Shown here: piece by piece, positions 11,173-24,399 of the stretch
Layout of the letters: each line of letters opens with the position of its first letter
Numbering within the stretch: position 1 is the first letter of the stretch
Assembly (NCBI GenBank): GCA_028023455.1
Contig: JAQFVV010000005.1
Span: 11,408,001-11,472,000, forward strand
Length of the DNA: 64,000 nucleotides
Source: Epiperipatus broadwayi
Lineage: Eukaryota > Animalia > Onychophora
Reading direction: 5' to 3'
The notes under the pieces: model-generated
Databases searched by the model: none
What the model was told of the DNA's origin: nothing
Seen by the model: only the letters and a program-made list of their open reading frames with translations
Made by a program: the position numbers and the translations under genes

Positions 11173-11849
11173 TTTGATCTTTCAGCTTTACACTTTTATG
11201 TAAAATTCTTCAGTTTTATACATTTTTGCCGCAATTAATGAGATTGAATATTAGAGTTTATCTGATTGAGAGTAATTTTGATGAATGATTTTAATTTTAA
11301 CAAAGATAATTGTGGAGCCTCATTTGTAAGAAATGTTATTTTTTATAGAAAAAATCTTTTTAAATTTAGATTTATAAAAAAAATTTTTGTTTTTATAGAA
11401 TGTTCTTTATAATATAAAGAGACTGGCATACTTTTAATATAGCACATTGCAATATATTCTTTATGGACTGGCAGCAAAATTCAGTAACTTGAAATTACCT
11501 TGAAGTAAAAGATATTTGATTTTATTACAGAAGGAATGAATATTGAGATTGTAAGCCACACACATTTATGTACCTATGTCTCAATGAAATTTTTTTCCTA
11601 TGCTATGGTGTTACCACAAAGCTGTTGAAAATAATAAAAAAATGATAGTTTTTCAGAAATAAAAAAAATTATATTTGTTATACAATGGATCTTAAAGTTC
11701 TTTATGTTATGGAGAATTTGAGAAAGTAAAAATTGAATGTTTTCAAAATATATAAAATGCGCTAACACGCACAAGCACACAAAGCTAAAAACAAATGAAA
11801 ACATATTTTTATTATTTTTTTATTATTTTAATATCTATTTCATTAAATG

Positions 11850-11889
11850 GCTAAGCGCTTTCAAGGGTCAAAGCCCTCATAATCATAGC
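11850..11889 (-). ncRNA. A3-U8 variant minimal hammerhead (family C, inverted arm)
   Basis: Minus strand GCT ATGATTA T GAGGG-CTTTGA-CCCTT GAAA GCGC TT AGC. Confidence 0.72.
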
Positions 11890-12274
11890 TATATTACAAA
11901 CTATAATAAATTGACTGCCCTGAAAAATTTTGTAGATCATCGTGTTATGGTGAGACTAGGGCCTCTCTGTCCACTAGGCTATCTCAACACACTTATTCTT
12001 ATAATAAAGCTTTGGTGGACTCTGCTCATAGTTCAGTTTTTGCGCAGCACCGTGCTTCAGCTGGGCACGATTGCCAACTGGGAAATCCAGTGGTGATGTG
12101 CAGAGAGCGGCACGATCTTAAAAGAAAGATAAAAGCTTTCTTTATATCTAGAGATGGCGATGCCCTCAATAGAAAAGACTCTTCCTACAAAATATCCAAG
12201 AAATGGAATGCGTAATCATTTCATTTGCATAAATTTGCATCACTCCGAGTCAGTTTATTATAGTTTGTAATACG

Positions 12275-12314
12275 TCTATGATTATGAGGGCTTTTCCCCT
12301 TGAAAGCGCTTAGC
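12275..12314 (+). ncRNA. A3-U8 variant minimal hammerhead (family C, direct arm)
   Basis: TCT ATGATTA T GAGGG-CTTTTC-CCCTT GAAA GCGC TT AGC, with one mismatch in stem I. Confidence 0.65.
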
Positions 12315-15300
12315 CATTTAATGGAATAGATATTAAAAAAATAATATATATTTTCTTTATTTGTTTTTAGCTTTGTGTGCTTGTGCGTGTTAGCGCATTT
12401 TATATATTTTGATTCATAATTAGCCACAAAGTATAAACTGTTTGCTTATTTTAATTGAATGTTTTGTAGAAACAAATTTAAATATTGATAATAGAAATAT
12501 GCAAAGAATACATTTAAACATCTTTCAAATTCTTTTTTAAGAATTAATTCGATACAAATCATGGTATAAAAATGTTTAACAATGCAGTCACAGCAGATGT
12601 TACTTATGTTTTAGTTATCACCTATAGCATCCATAATAGAAAGTGACCGACCTAATAACTGATTTAGCTTAACATATTTAAAGAAAATAAAATTTAGTCT
12701 CCTACTTTTCTATGTATTGGAACTAAAAATTGTGGTGGATAAAAGATTTCTATAGCTAGAATTGAAAAGATCACAATGGATTATCTAGTGTATATCTTAT
12801 TTACTACAATCCTATATAAAGAAAAAAACATTGCCTGAAGAGAGATTTTTTAAGGATTTCTGAAGGAAATTTTTTAGCATTTACTGAAATGGAAATGCAT
12901 ACCAGGTCCCACTTACATTTATCAGTAATAAGATTAAACAATTAGAAAAAATATTTATGAGTAACCTTTATGAAAATTCATAAAAACGTGTATAGAATTT
13001 GAACTTGTTTTACTGGTATTTAGTAAGAGAAAAATCTATTTTACTTTTTATATTTGAGATCTTTGTATAAGTTTGAATCTAATTTTTATATATATGGATA
13101 AATATTTGCAAAAAGAGATAAAGCTATAAATTTTATTTAAATTTAATATACTCTTACTGGAACTGTTATTTCTGGGTGATCTCTAAGTGGATCTATGCAT
13201 TTATATTTCATCCCTATATAGAAATGGGTATTATATACACACATACAAAAAGAATATTGAGTATTTTGTCTATTTTTATCAGTATCTTGACTACAACTTT
13301 ATTGAATTGTGATGATGGAACTGTTTCTCTGGCCTAATACTCATTATACACAGTTGTCTTTCATCCATTTGTTTCATATTTTATTTTAATATTTCATTTG
13401 AAATGAAACAATAAAATTTAAATGCTTTTTTTTTTTTTTCAATTTAAACAGTTATGACATTCCAGAATCAAGGTAAATCACAATAACAATAATAGGTTTT
13501 AATATCTGTACTATGATATTTTGATGATTTAAGAAAAATAAATAGGAATTGTATTAGTGTGTATAATAAAATAAACAAGTTAGTTGATCTGGTCTAGGGC
13601 TAGAATATTTTTTTAATATACTTATTCTATTACTCATTTTTTTGTCTATCATTATAAATCCAGTCTCACATCCTGATAGATAATTGCAGATCTATTGTGT
13701 GTGCTTAGCTGTATATATATGTAACAATTTAATTAGGAGGATTTATGAAGAAAAGGGCATAACTAGTCAAATTTGCCAATTTACAATAGTATAATTTGAA
13801 TGGTTTGTATTATTTTCTAGCTAAAAATTGCTAGTCATTTATTGATCACTATTGCATAGCAGTTTGAGTTGGACAGTATCATGAAAAAAAAAATCGAGTT
13901 TATTTCACCCATATTTGTACTTAGATCAGATATAACAGATGAGTGAATTTTATCTACACTTAGTTCTTATTTATGTGCATCAAAATATTAACATATGTTT
14001 TAAAATGATTAACAAACTTGATTTTAATCCTTCAGGGAACTTTGTGTATCAATTTTATTCAGCATGAAGAGAATCATGTTAGCTTTGTCTTTTCATCCAC
14101 TCACTGGAAATAAAAATCTTACCAATGCTAGTTATTTTTTCATTCTTGGAGATCTTTTTTATATTATTTATGTAGTATTCATTTTATAAAAAAATAAATA
14201 AAATAATTTAATAATAGTATATATTAATAGAAAGGGATTCAAAGAACAAAAATATGTTTGACTGCTATGCTTATGATGAGAGTTCAAATTTAACCTGGAT
14301 AGAACATGAAATTTTTTTTCACTTGTAATCACATAAGCACTCTTTTTCAGATAATTTGGTGAAAGTATTTATTGAGTCACAAAATAAATAATGGCCCTCT
14401 CCTTCACTGTTATTCTGTGGAATAAGATGGCAGAAAAAAATTACCCAATAAATAAAAGACTGTTTAGAAGTAATACTTCAAAAGTACTTTGAGGACTTAT
14501 TGTTGTCTTTCAATTTAAGAAATATTGTTGAAAAAATATTTATTTTATCTCTCAACAATATTATTTAAATATTAAATTCTTTAATTTGTGGCATTAAGGG
14601 AATTATAAAATTTTATGTTCCTGTTGAATATACCTTATTGTAATTAGTTTTGATAAAAATGACTGAAGTTTTTGAGTGAAGGATGTCTTCCGTAAGTAAT
14701 ATTTTTTGAAGATTTAATCTTATATAAAGCAATATGTAAAAAATGTAAAACTTAATAAATTTAAATCCAAATGAAAATATCTTGTGTTTTCAGGTTCTTA
14801 GAAATCTGTGGTAAAATTCATAAAAGATGTATTGAAACTAAAACAATTGTAATATCATTCACTGTTATTTAGGTGAAGACTAGAATATTAATGTAATCAT
14901 TTTTTATTATATAAATTGAATATTTCTAACTGTGTCATAATCTATATAGAGGGTTCAAACTTGGTACATTTTATTTGTAAATTTTTATAAGTTATTCAAT
15001 AAAATTTTTTTTAATTTCTTGCATTTTTTATTGGTGTATTAATTGTGTATACACATGTACAAACATCATATAAAAAATTAAAATCGTAATGAAAGGTTTA
15101 TTAGCCATGAAACATGCAATTAGTGATAAATTATTTTTTATAACAAAATTAGCTCATGATAATAATTATTTTCATTATTGGATATTTAATATAGATTACA
15201 TTATTTTCCAGTTTCTAGTATTTATATTTTGGATCTATAGGAAGTAAGTCTCTTAAATCTTGGGGCAGTTTATTTACTGGGTCATCAAATGATTTTATTG

Positions 15301-16699
15301 TGGTGATTTTTTTTTTCAAGGTACTATGGAGTGTTATGAAGTTTCTAACTGTACTTGTGGTTTTGTTATTGCAAGATCCTTGAATTAGTTTCAATGATGG
15401 TAAAAATAATTACCATCGGAATTTGGTCAGTGGAGATTTATGAAGACTTAAGACATGATTGTCATGTTTTAAAATTAATTGTGTCATAGATTGGTGTTTA
15501 CTAAATACTATCTCACAGAATAACATTGCTATTTTAAATACTTATGAAATTATACATATTAGGACATTCCTATACAAGTCTTTTGAAAAATACATGGATT
15601 TGTTTTGAAATTAGCATATAGATGAAATCAACAAGATATTTATATATTAATTTTCTTTTTTCACCCTAAACTATCTTTAGATTAAAAATGTAACATCTTC
15701 ACTTAAAAGGGCTTTTAACAATTATACTTAAATTTTTCAATGGCATTTTAATGAATTAAAGATAATAATTGGATAGTGCAAATATTGTCTTAAGGTAAAA
15801 AAAAGAACTAAAGGAATGCTATGAAAGTAGAATTTAAATGGTTTTTTTTATGTCTAAGTGGATCATATTTTCTCCAATAAGTTTTAATTGGTATGCTACT
15901 TATTACCTATGTCAGGTTAGAACACTGGCAATTCATAAATTAAAATCTAATCAGTACTCAGTAAAATGGACAGTGATTTGCATTTATGAAATTATTGAAA
16001 TACATAAATGGTGGATAATTATATAATTAAATCAATTATCTAAATGTTAGAGCAAATTCAAATGGCAATGGTAAACAACTATGGATATAGGGTAAATTAT
16101 GTATTAGATAACTCAGAATTAATATGACAAATGTCTATGCTAAAAGAATTATTAAGGGTTGAGTTTGTGTTAAAAGATAAGAAATCCTGTTATGACAAGT
16201 ATTTATAAATTGGTAACTACATTTGATAAATAAATCTGAAATATTCTTTTTGTCTTCATGTGTAATATATAAATTTTCCTTCTTTCATGTATTTTATACA
16301 TATAAGCTTGTCAGATTTGGCCATGAATACATTTGCTGCTTATTAACAGTATTAATATTTTAATTGTATTTTGATAGCAATCTTCACGATCATAGATATG
16401 ATTTAAAAATATTGCAGTAATTTTTGAAGAGGCCCTCTCTATGCAAAAAAGAAAAACCTAATTTAATGGATAATGCTATAAGCAACTTGCCATTTGGATG
16501 TCCAAATATTACATGTCTACTATTTAACTATATAAATAATTATTTATATCATCAAAATATTTATAAATATATAATTCTATTGTCTATTTTATAATCAATA
16601 AAATATTTGGATGGTTGTTTGCATAGTAGATCTGATTGCCATCACTAAGAAAATTGCTATTTTTGTGAAATAGTGAATTAAAAAAATATCACCAATGTT

Positions 16700-17000
16700 C
16701 AATTTAAATGTACAAATGCTTGCTTCAAACCATATTTAAGAATTTACTTGAAGTTTGTTCAAATATATTTTTTAAAAACGAAAACGTGAGTATATTTTTG
16801 TATCATCATTTCCATGCAGTATTATATCTTAATCTGTTTTTTAAATATTCAAAGTCTCCTATATTATTATTTATCAACTATATTTCTTCCGCTCAATTCT
16901 TTGTTTTTCTTCAAAATAATTTTTGATAATTCATTTCAGTAAATATCCAAACTCATTTTTTGATCACTTATTAAAGTCGATAAATAATCTTTAATTATTC
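16700..17000 (-). mobile_element. Possible LINE apurinic-endonuclease remnant
   Basis: Minus strand IIIGDFEY (~16870-16845) resembles the GDFN motif; the rest is decayed. Confidence 0.25.
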
Positions 17001-18699
17001 TTTCTCTTACTATTTTAGGTTTTGGTCTGTTTTTATTCAATATTTAATATAAAGTTATATAGAATGAAATAACAATGTAGACATCTTTTTAAATTTTAAA
17101 AGGTCGTATAATTTTCTACTTTTTTGTGAAACTTTTTTAATCATTTTTATTTTGATTTCTTGATCTTTTATAAAACATTGACCAATATCTAAACATTCTA
17201 TTCCATAAATTCAGTCTATAATTTCATTGTTTATTTATTTCAATTATTCTATAATTCACATTGAATGCATCATTTATGAATGTGGATATCAAATAAACTT
17301 AATATTATTTGAAAGAGCTTTATTATTATCTAATGTATTAATTACAAAAAAGTTGTTTTTCTTAAAAATTTATTAAACATCCAAAAATGTTTACGTTTGT
17401 TTGGCAGTACAGTACTTTGAATAGCCAATTCTGCTATCTAAGTGGAATTAACTGTTTCAATTTACATTGTTAGCATTGTTTTTATTAATCACATTTTTTT
17501 TCCATTAGTTTAATTGTGGATTAATATGAGTAATATTGTGGGTTTTTACAAAATTAAAGGGATTGATTCAAGAGTTAAAGATTCTGAAATCACCATTCTC
17601 ATCTGTCTCTTTCAATATTTAAATGTCACAAATTCCTCTCAAGTGAGGAACCATTCAATTGAGGAAAATCAGTTAATAGTAACTTTTTTTTTTAAAAAAA
17701 AAGCACCAATTACAGATACTATAATTTGATGTACCACTGACTATTTGTTTCATTTTTCTAACAATGGATTGCCTTGATATTAATTTTTCAAATAATTATA
17801 GATTTCATAGAACCAAAAAATAGTTATTAAAGAGAGGAATATCTTAATTATAAATTGGGTTAATGTGTAAACATTTTGTATAAAAAATTTTTTTTATGTA
17901 ATTGTTTAATGAAATGTACTATTTAATAGTGATATTTATTTATATTGTTTTGGATTAATGATACTAAAATTTCCAAAAAGTTTTGTTAAGCATATATATG
18001 ATAAATTATTTAAAAAGTTTTAAGAATTGTGATATTACGTTTTTAAATATACATCAGTATTTATCATGATGACATAATTAAACATATTAAAACATGAAGT
18101 GCCACTGGTGCATGCATAATAAAATCAATTTATGAAAATGTCATAATTTTATATATAACCAATACTTAAAATATTTTGAAAAGAATATAATTTTAAGTTA
18201 TATCACTAGACATTTTATTGAACATATTGAAAATCAAACACAATTTCTGTATGCTGTCTCCTAGCTTTCCAAATTGGCCATCATAGTTTAGGAAGTCTGA
18301 AAATGAATTATGTTTAAGAAAAAAAACCCACAGCAGGGAAAGTAGATAATATCTGTTTAATGAACATATTGGATGAAAATATAGTGATAAAAACATTTGA
18401 TGTATACAAAAAATTAAATAGAATATAAATTGTTATAGAGTTAATGTGACCTATAGACCAAAAAAAATAATCAAGATGTAGCTAGTTTTAAATGTTCTTA
18501 GATCTCACTTGAGGCATTCAATTGGGATGCCTCAGAGTGTGAAAACCTGTTTTGATCCTTGTTTTATGGTTACCATGAGGCACGGTGCTGACCTATGTAG
18601 TTTCTGGCATCATGATCTTTATTGTCCTAGCTTCTTTGTTGTTGCTGAACTTATTTATTATTTCTGTGAAGTTTTCAATAATATTTTAAGAATGTTTTA

Positions 18700-21480
18700 A
18701 TTTTCTACTTTCAGAAATAGTTGCTTAGATCTATTGTTAGACACAAATGGATTTGTACATTTGGTTTAATCTAACGGTCTTAATTGTGCATTCTCTGCAT
18801 TGTTAATCTGTTGTTTTAATTAGCAATTCAATAATATTCATTTGGATTTATTTATCCCTAGTGCTGAAATTCTTCATTATATTAATGAAAGATTAAAGAT
18901 TTTAAAACTTGCTTTACATAATAGTACTGGAACTTATTTCATCAGTGCTTGTGCTTCAACCCTAGGTCCAGAAATGGAAAGATTTTATTCTTTGTAGGAT
19001 AGCTTACAATACCATTAAAAATTGAAATTTTATTTTTTGAGATTTTAGTGCTTGTTGGTGCAAATAATACTTTGGCCAAAAGTTATTAGAAATAATGGTA
19101 TTATAATTGTAAATTGAAATGGTTTGTTATTAAATATATGTGCAACAAATGTATTGACTATCAGAAATACTTTGTATAGGCAGAAAAATTGCTACAAAGG
19201 AACATGGATGTGTCCATGCTGGAAACAATAACATTTGATAAATTATATTATTAGAAGTCAAAACAAGAGAAGTTCACATTATATAAACAAGGTCAGATTG
19301 TTGGACAAATCAATTTGCACTAAGACTAAAATGATTGCATTAAAAATAGGTATTCCAGTCATATTCACACACATACACAAAAATTGATATTTTTTTTAGA
19401 AGACTGGCAAATCTTATTCACAAAAAAATTGATGTTCATTCTTTAAAAGAATTACTATATGTACTAAATTTCAACAGCTATTAAATACTAAAATTGCTAA
19501 GTTGGCTCTTCAGAATGCATATTACTAAAGTGTGGAATTTTCTTGAGCATTATGTTATTCCATAAGTAAATTATTCTTAGATTGTTTAAAAAGAAGAACC
19601 ATAGCTGTTTTTATGACAATGATCTTATTTAAAACATAAATTGAACAATAGGCAAGAAGGCTTAAAAATGATTGGTAAAATAAAACTGCCATGAAGATAT
19701 AGACATTCACTAATTGTGGTCTTTCTAGATCTTTGATGCACTGAAAATATAAACCAGAGAAACAGTATCACTATTCTATTAAATCTATTAATGATTCTCT
19801 TATATAATATTTTAAACAGAAGGAAAGTATTTGGATCATCATTTGAATAATATAATAATTGAATTGATGACTTAATGATACAGTCTATTTTATTTACTCG
19901 TTAAATTTGGGCAAACACATTAATGAAATCAAAACAACAGGTCTGAAATAACTGGAGAACTTTTAAATATGGTGGCAATATATTAGCTTAAAAAATATTG
20001 GAATTTTTTAGAAATATCTGGATCCATGAAGTTATGCCATCCAATCTTAAGGATGCTTTAATTATTCCAATTTTTATAAACATGGAATAGGCAAGATTGC
20101 AATAATTATCATGGAATATTGTCATCCACTACAGCAAATGTACTTCCAAGAATTTTGTTAAATAATTTGCTTTGTTATAGATAAATGGCTACCAGAGACT
20201 CTGGTTTTAGAGAATCAAAAAGCACCATAGATGATTTTTGTTGCCAGGCAAATGCAAAAAATGTGTCAGGAATAAAGGAATGATTTATATATTGCTTTTA
20301 TTGATTTTGACAAGGTCGGTCTATGATATTGTTTGAAATTATTTGTTGTCAACCAAAATTTATTTGTATCATACTGCTTCTACAAGATGAAATGAGAGAG
20401 TGTTTATTACTACAGATGGAAAATTTGAAATGGAAAAAGTGTTAAGCAAGGATGTGCAATTATTCCATCTTTGTTTTCAATTTTTATGATAGTGACCTTT
20501 GAAATCGTTTATAGGCAGCTTAATCAGGCAAATCAAAATGCAATACAGGTTTGGTGGTAGAATTTTTAATTTGAATTAGTTAAAAGTAAAAAGAACTTCA
20601 TCTTTTTGGTGTCTGGATTTACAGTATGCTGATGATGATTGTGCTATTTTTGCTAGTTCAAAAGATGATTTATATAATGTGTTAAATGCAACTCATGAAG
20701 CTTTAATCTATTAATGTTAAAAATCAAATTCATTATCAGCCAATGATAGAAGAAAAATTCTCAGCATCATTCAATTTTGACTACTGTCAACTTGGGAATG
20801 TGATGCCTTGATAGCTTTATAAATAAATAGAAGGGTAGAGTTAGATGTTGATATTCATTACAGATCAAATGTGCTGCTTTTAACTAGTTATACAGTATTT
20901 CATCATAAGGAAATAATTACTGAAACTCAATTAGCTGTATATAAAACTTATTTTATTAATTTATTGTATGGATTTAAAATGGGAATACCCTATTGGTATA
21001 ATATAAAGGCTTTGAAAAAGTTTCATGTAAAGATGCTCCATAAAATTTTAAAACTGCAATGATAAAATCATAAAAATGTTCTTTAGCTTGGAGGTTCATT
21101 TACAATTGAGTCTACTATTGTAAAATTATAATCTTTGTTAAATTGGAAATGTAAAATAAATGAACAATGAAAGACTTTTTAAAAGATTGTTTCATGGTGA
21201 ACTTGAATGTGAATTTTGTAGAAGAGGTAAACCCTATGTTATAAGAATTATCTCAAAAACATTCTAATGAAGTACAATGTCAATTGTTTACATTGGGAAG
21301 ATATGGCAAAGACACAATACATTGGAGAGCTACAATTAGATAGGTTCAAGTATATGAGAAAGAAAAGTTTTGTACTGAGGAAACTAAGACATAAAATTAG
21401 AAGTAAACAGAAAATTGGAGCAACATTTTCTATATGTGAACATATTTGTGTTTAACAGATAGGTTTTAATAATTACAGTA
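18700..21480 (+). mobile_element. Decayed RTE-clade LINE (endonuclease + RT)
   Basis: EN: NGLLLNICATNVLTIRNT..TWMCP..HLINYI (~19120-19250). RT: DCNNYHGI, GFR..STID, LYIAFIDFDK (~20100-20315), KQGC (~20445), LQYADD (~20620). C-terminal Cys/His remnant at ~21430. Confidence 0.85.
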
Positions 21481-22541
21481 AATCTTATTTTTAACTCTGA
21501 CTTTTAAGTACCATATTGGATCTTAGAGAATTGAACTAAGATACAAGTTGTATAATATTTAAGTTTAAGCACATTAATAATAATCTGGCACATATTAGAA
21601 AAAGCAAATATCTATGAATATAATGAAATTGGGAAAATATCTTAAAGAAATATTTAAAAAATGACTTTTAACAAATTTAAAAATATCAATTTTTATATAG
21701 GTTCATAAATTCTACATTTTGAGAGTTAAATAATCACATTTTTGAGACAGCTTCTTTACATTCCTCACAAAATTTTGAAATATATATATATAACTTAAGT
21801 TAAATCTTCATTACAAAATTATTGAAATATCATATACAGGTGACTTCCATTTTTGCTAGCTGACCCAGATCTTATTCTGTGCAGATATATGCTGTACATT
21901 TGCTTCATTCTAATGTAAAAAAATATTTCACAGTAAATATTGTATATCAGATATTATGCAAAGAGAACTTTAATAAATTATAATTTTTATCAAAAAATAA
22001 AATTAATTTTAAAATAATTGCATAAATATATATATTAAAGCAAAGAAAAAAAGTGACAGGATGAAAGACAAAAGCTTTTTCAGAGTATATATATATATAT
22101 ATGATATATTTGCACATAGTGATAAACAAAAAAAGTTTATTTTTCAATTTAGTAAAATATAAATGAGACTAGTCACAACATTGCTGCTCATTATTTATCC
22201 CAATTTCATTTTCCCTAGTGAAACAAAAAATTATATTTGTATAAAAAAGTGCCTATAGATTGCAAAAAATGAAATATAATTGCTTATGTATAGATGATAA
22301 GAGATATGGATGCATCCAAAACAGATATGAGATATTGCTTAGAGCAACAGATATAACAAAATAAATTTGATCTTTGTAAGTATTATTTGCAAAAGAATAT
22401 ATTTATATGAACAAGGATAAGTTTGTAAAAAATGAAATATGATCTTTATACAAAAGACATGAGACACTGCTTCCAACATCAGTTATTCAATGAAATAAAT
22501 TTAATTTTTGTTTATAACCATTACTTGCAACAAAATACATT

Positions 22542-22971
22542 TATCTGTTGAAGGTTTTAGCTTTCACGTTATTACAATGTTATCTATTTGCGCTTAATAA
22601 ATTTGATATATTTACATTTATTATATCATTTCATTAGATTTAAAAAATTGCTTCATAGTAAATCAAAAGATTTCATGTTGTTTATTTATATATAATATTT
22701 AGTAAATTAAATGTGAAGGTATTTAAGCTTCACACTCTTAGTTCAAAATGCTTGAGTCTGGCTTATTTATATATAAATTGAGGCATAGAAGAAGGTGGGT
22801 CCCATCTTTTTCTTATAGTTCTGACTTATGTTTGAGAATTGAGAGGTCCATGTGCTGTCATTATTACACTTGATTGGCTGTCACATAAGCATGTTTAAAG
22901 TGTATCTGTTGAAGGCTTTAGCTTTCATATTATTACAATGTTATCTGTTTGTGCTTAATAAATTTGATATA
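22542..22971 (+). repeat. 69-bp direct repeats (22542-22610, 22903-22971) flanking ~290 bp
   Basis: Both copies read TATCTGTTGAAGG..TAGCTTTCA..TTATTACAATGTTATCT.TTTG.GCTTAATAAATTTGATATA. Confidence 0.8.
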
Positions 22972-24399
22972 AAATACATTTATGTAAAAAGAAAACTGTA
23001 GATTGAAAAATATATACAGGTATAAAATTGCATATGTTTAGAATTATTCAATACAAACAAACTGATCATCATTCTAAAATGCAAACGAACCATTATTCTA
23101 CAGCATTTCAAATTACGTATATAAAAAATATTACATACAGCTGATAGTAAATTATATTTCAGGAGTCTTCAAACCCCCCAAATAACATATATATTTGTAC
23201 ATCAGACTTTGCTTTTTATTCTCGAGGGGGGGGGATAAATCCATGTTTATTGTTTTCCATGAAATGTAAAAAAGTAATGGTACACATGGCCTTTAATGGG
23301 CTGAAGGAATACACAGTCTGGTGTAAAAATTTCGAACTATCTGTAGTTGTAAAGTTGGTACTTTGAGAATATGGTGCCAATAAAGAATCCAGTGATATAA
23401 GGTAACCACGAATAAATGTAACTATAGACTAAAGTAATTGTATGTATGCTGTCTAGTGTTAAACATCCATTTAGAGAACTAATATGAGGATCCAATTTTT
23501 TCACAACTAATTAGTAGACTATGCATAGTTTTCAGCAATACATATAATAAAGTCCACAAAAATGTCACTATTGTAAAAAGTCATGAATGTAAATTCATGC
23601 AGGTAGGATGAAAATAAGGCATTTCAGCTTACATTTCATATGCATTCATAGTTTCTCTATGTTTATGAGTTTAGATATTTGGATCCCCAAAGTTCTGGTG
23701 CACAACAATAGAATGCATATGTATACTATTATAAAGTGGACCTAGATTACTATATGCAGCCCACCCATCCATAATAATATGGGTCTCTCGCAAAATTTGT
23801 TTTATAGGGGTTCAAGAGTGGAAGCCGACCCCCTCTCTATGCCACCAGTTTTGTAAACAATGCTGTGGCAAATTATTTGTCCAATCATAAGGATTTGGAG
23901 GGGTAGATGATTTTTTGAAAAAAAATTCTCACACCAGACTCTGCATTCCTTTAGTCCACTAAAGGTAATGTTTGCCAAAAGTTATACCATTTGATAAATA
24001 ATGATGTAACACAAATAACAATGTATGCCATGTGTTTGTTTCTAGGTCTTACCAATTTTGTGCTAATGCAATTTAAATTCTATGATACATCAAAATTCTT
24101 GAAAACTACTCATTTTGAATAAGTTCTTATCTTCTTTTTTTTTCTTGGAATTTGTCAATACTCTTTTTTGAGTAGCTGGTTTTTATTATTATTATTATGT
24201 TTTAACTTCAGGCTATAAGATTTAATACTACACTAATTATATAATTTTATTATTTTATTTTATAATGTGTGTTTGCATGTACATATCTAACACACACTAA
24301 ACCTATGTGTGTGTATATCTAACACCAACATCTTTCTTTTACTTTATTTTATTGCATATGGACTTTTTTTTATTCTAGGAAATGTCTTTTTCCATTGAA

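Larger units (their letters stand above)
11743..12412 (+). mobile_element. PLE family C: 5'-truncated GIY-YIG C-terminus + 3' UTR, preceded by an inverted copy of the 3' UTR (arms ~11743-11915 and ~12247-12412)
   Basis: Frame from ~11912 reads DCPEKFCRSSCYGETRASLSTRLSQH..GH..KRKIK-AFFI..LNRKDSSYKISKKW* and ends at 12215. Confidence 0.88.

Noticed and set aside
12835-12880. CTGAAGA followed by a weak stem
   Set aside because: Followed by GAAG rather than GAAA, with no NUH site or stem I closure.
13000-18400. Short ORFs and scattered splice-like signals (also at 42-47 kb and 53-59 kb)
   Set aside because: Low-complexity F/I/L/Y/K-rich frames typical of AT-rich non-coding DNA; no consistent exon chain.
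20629-20635. CTGATGA
   Set aside because: It is the coding sequence of the RTE YADD motif.
23130-23850. Possible MITE with G/C-run subterminal motifs
   Set aside because: Terminal inverted repeats and TSD are too decayed to support a call.
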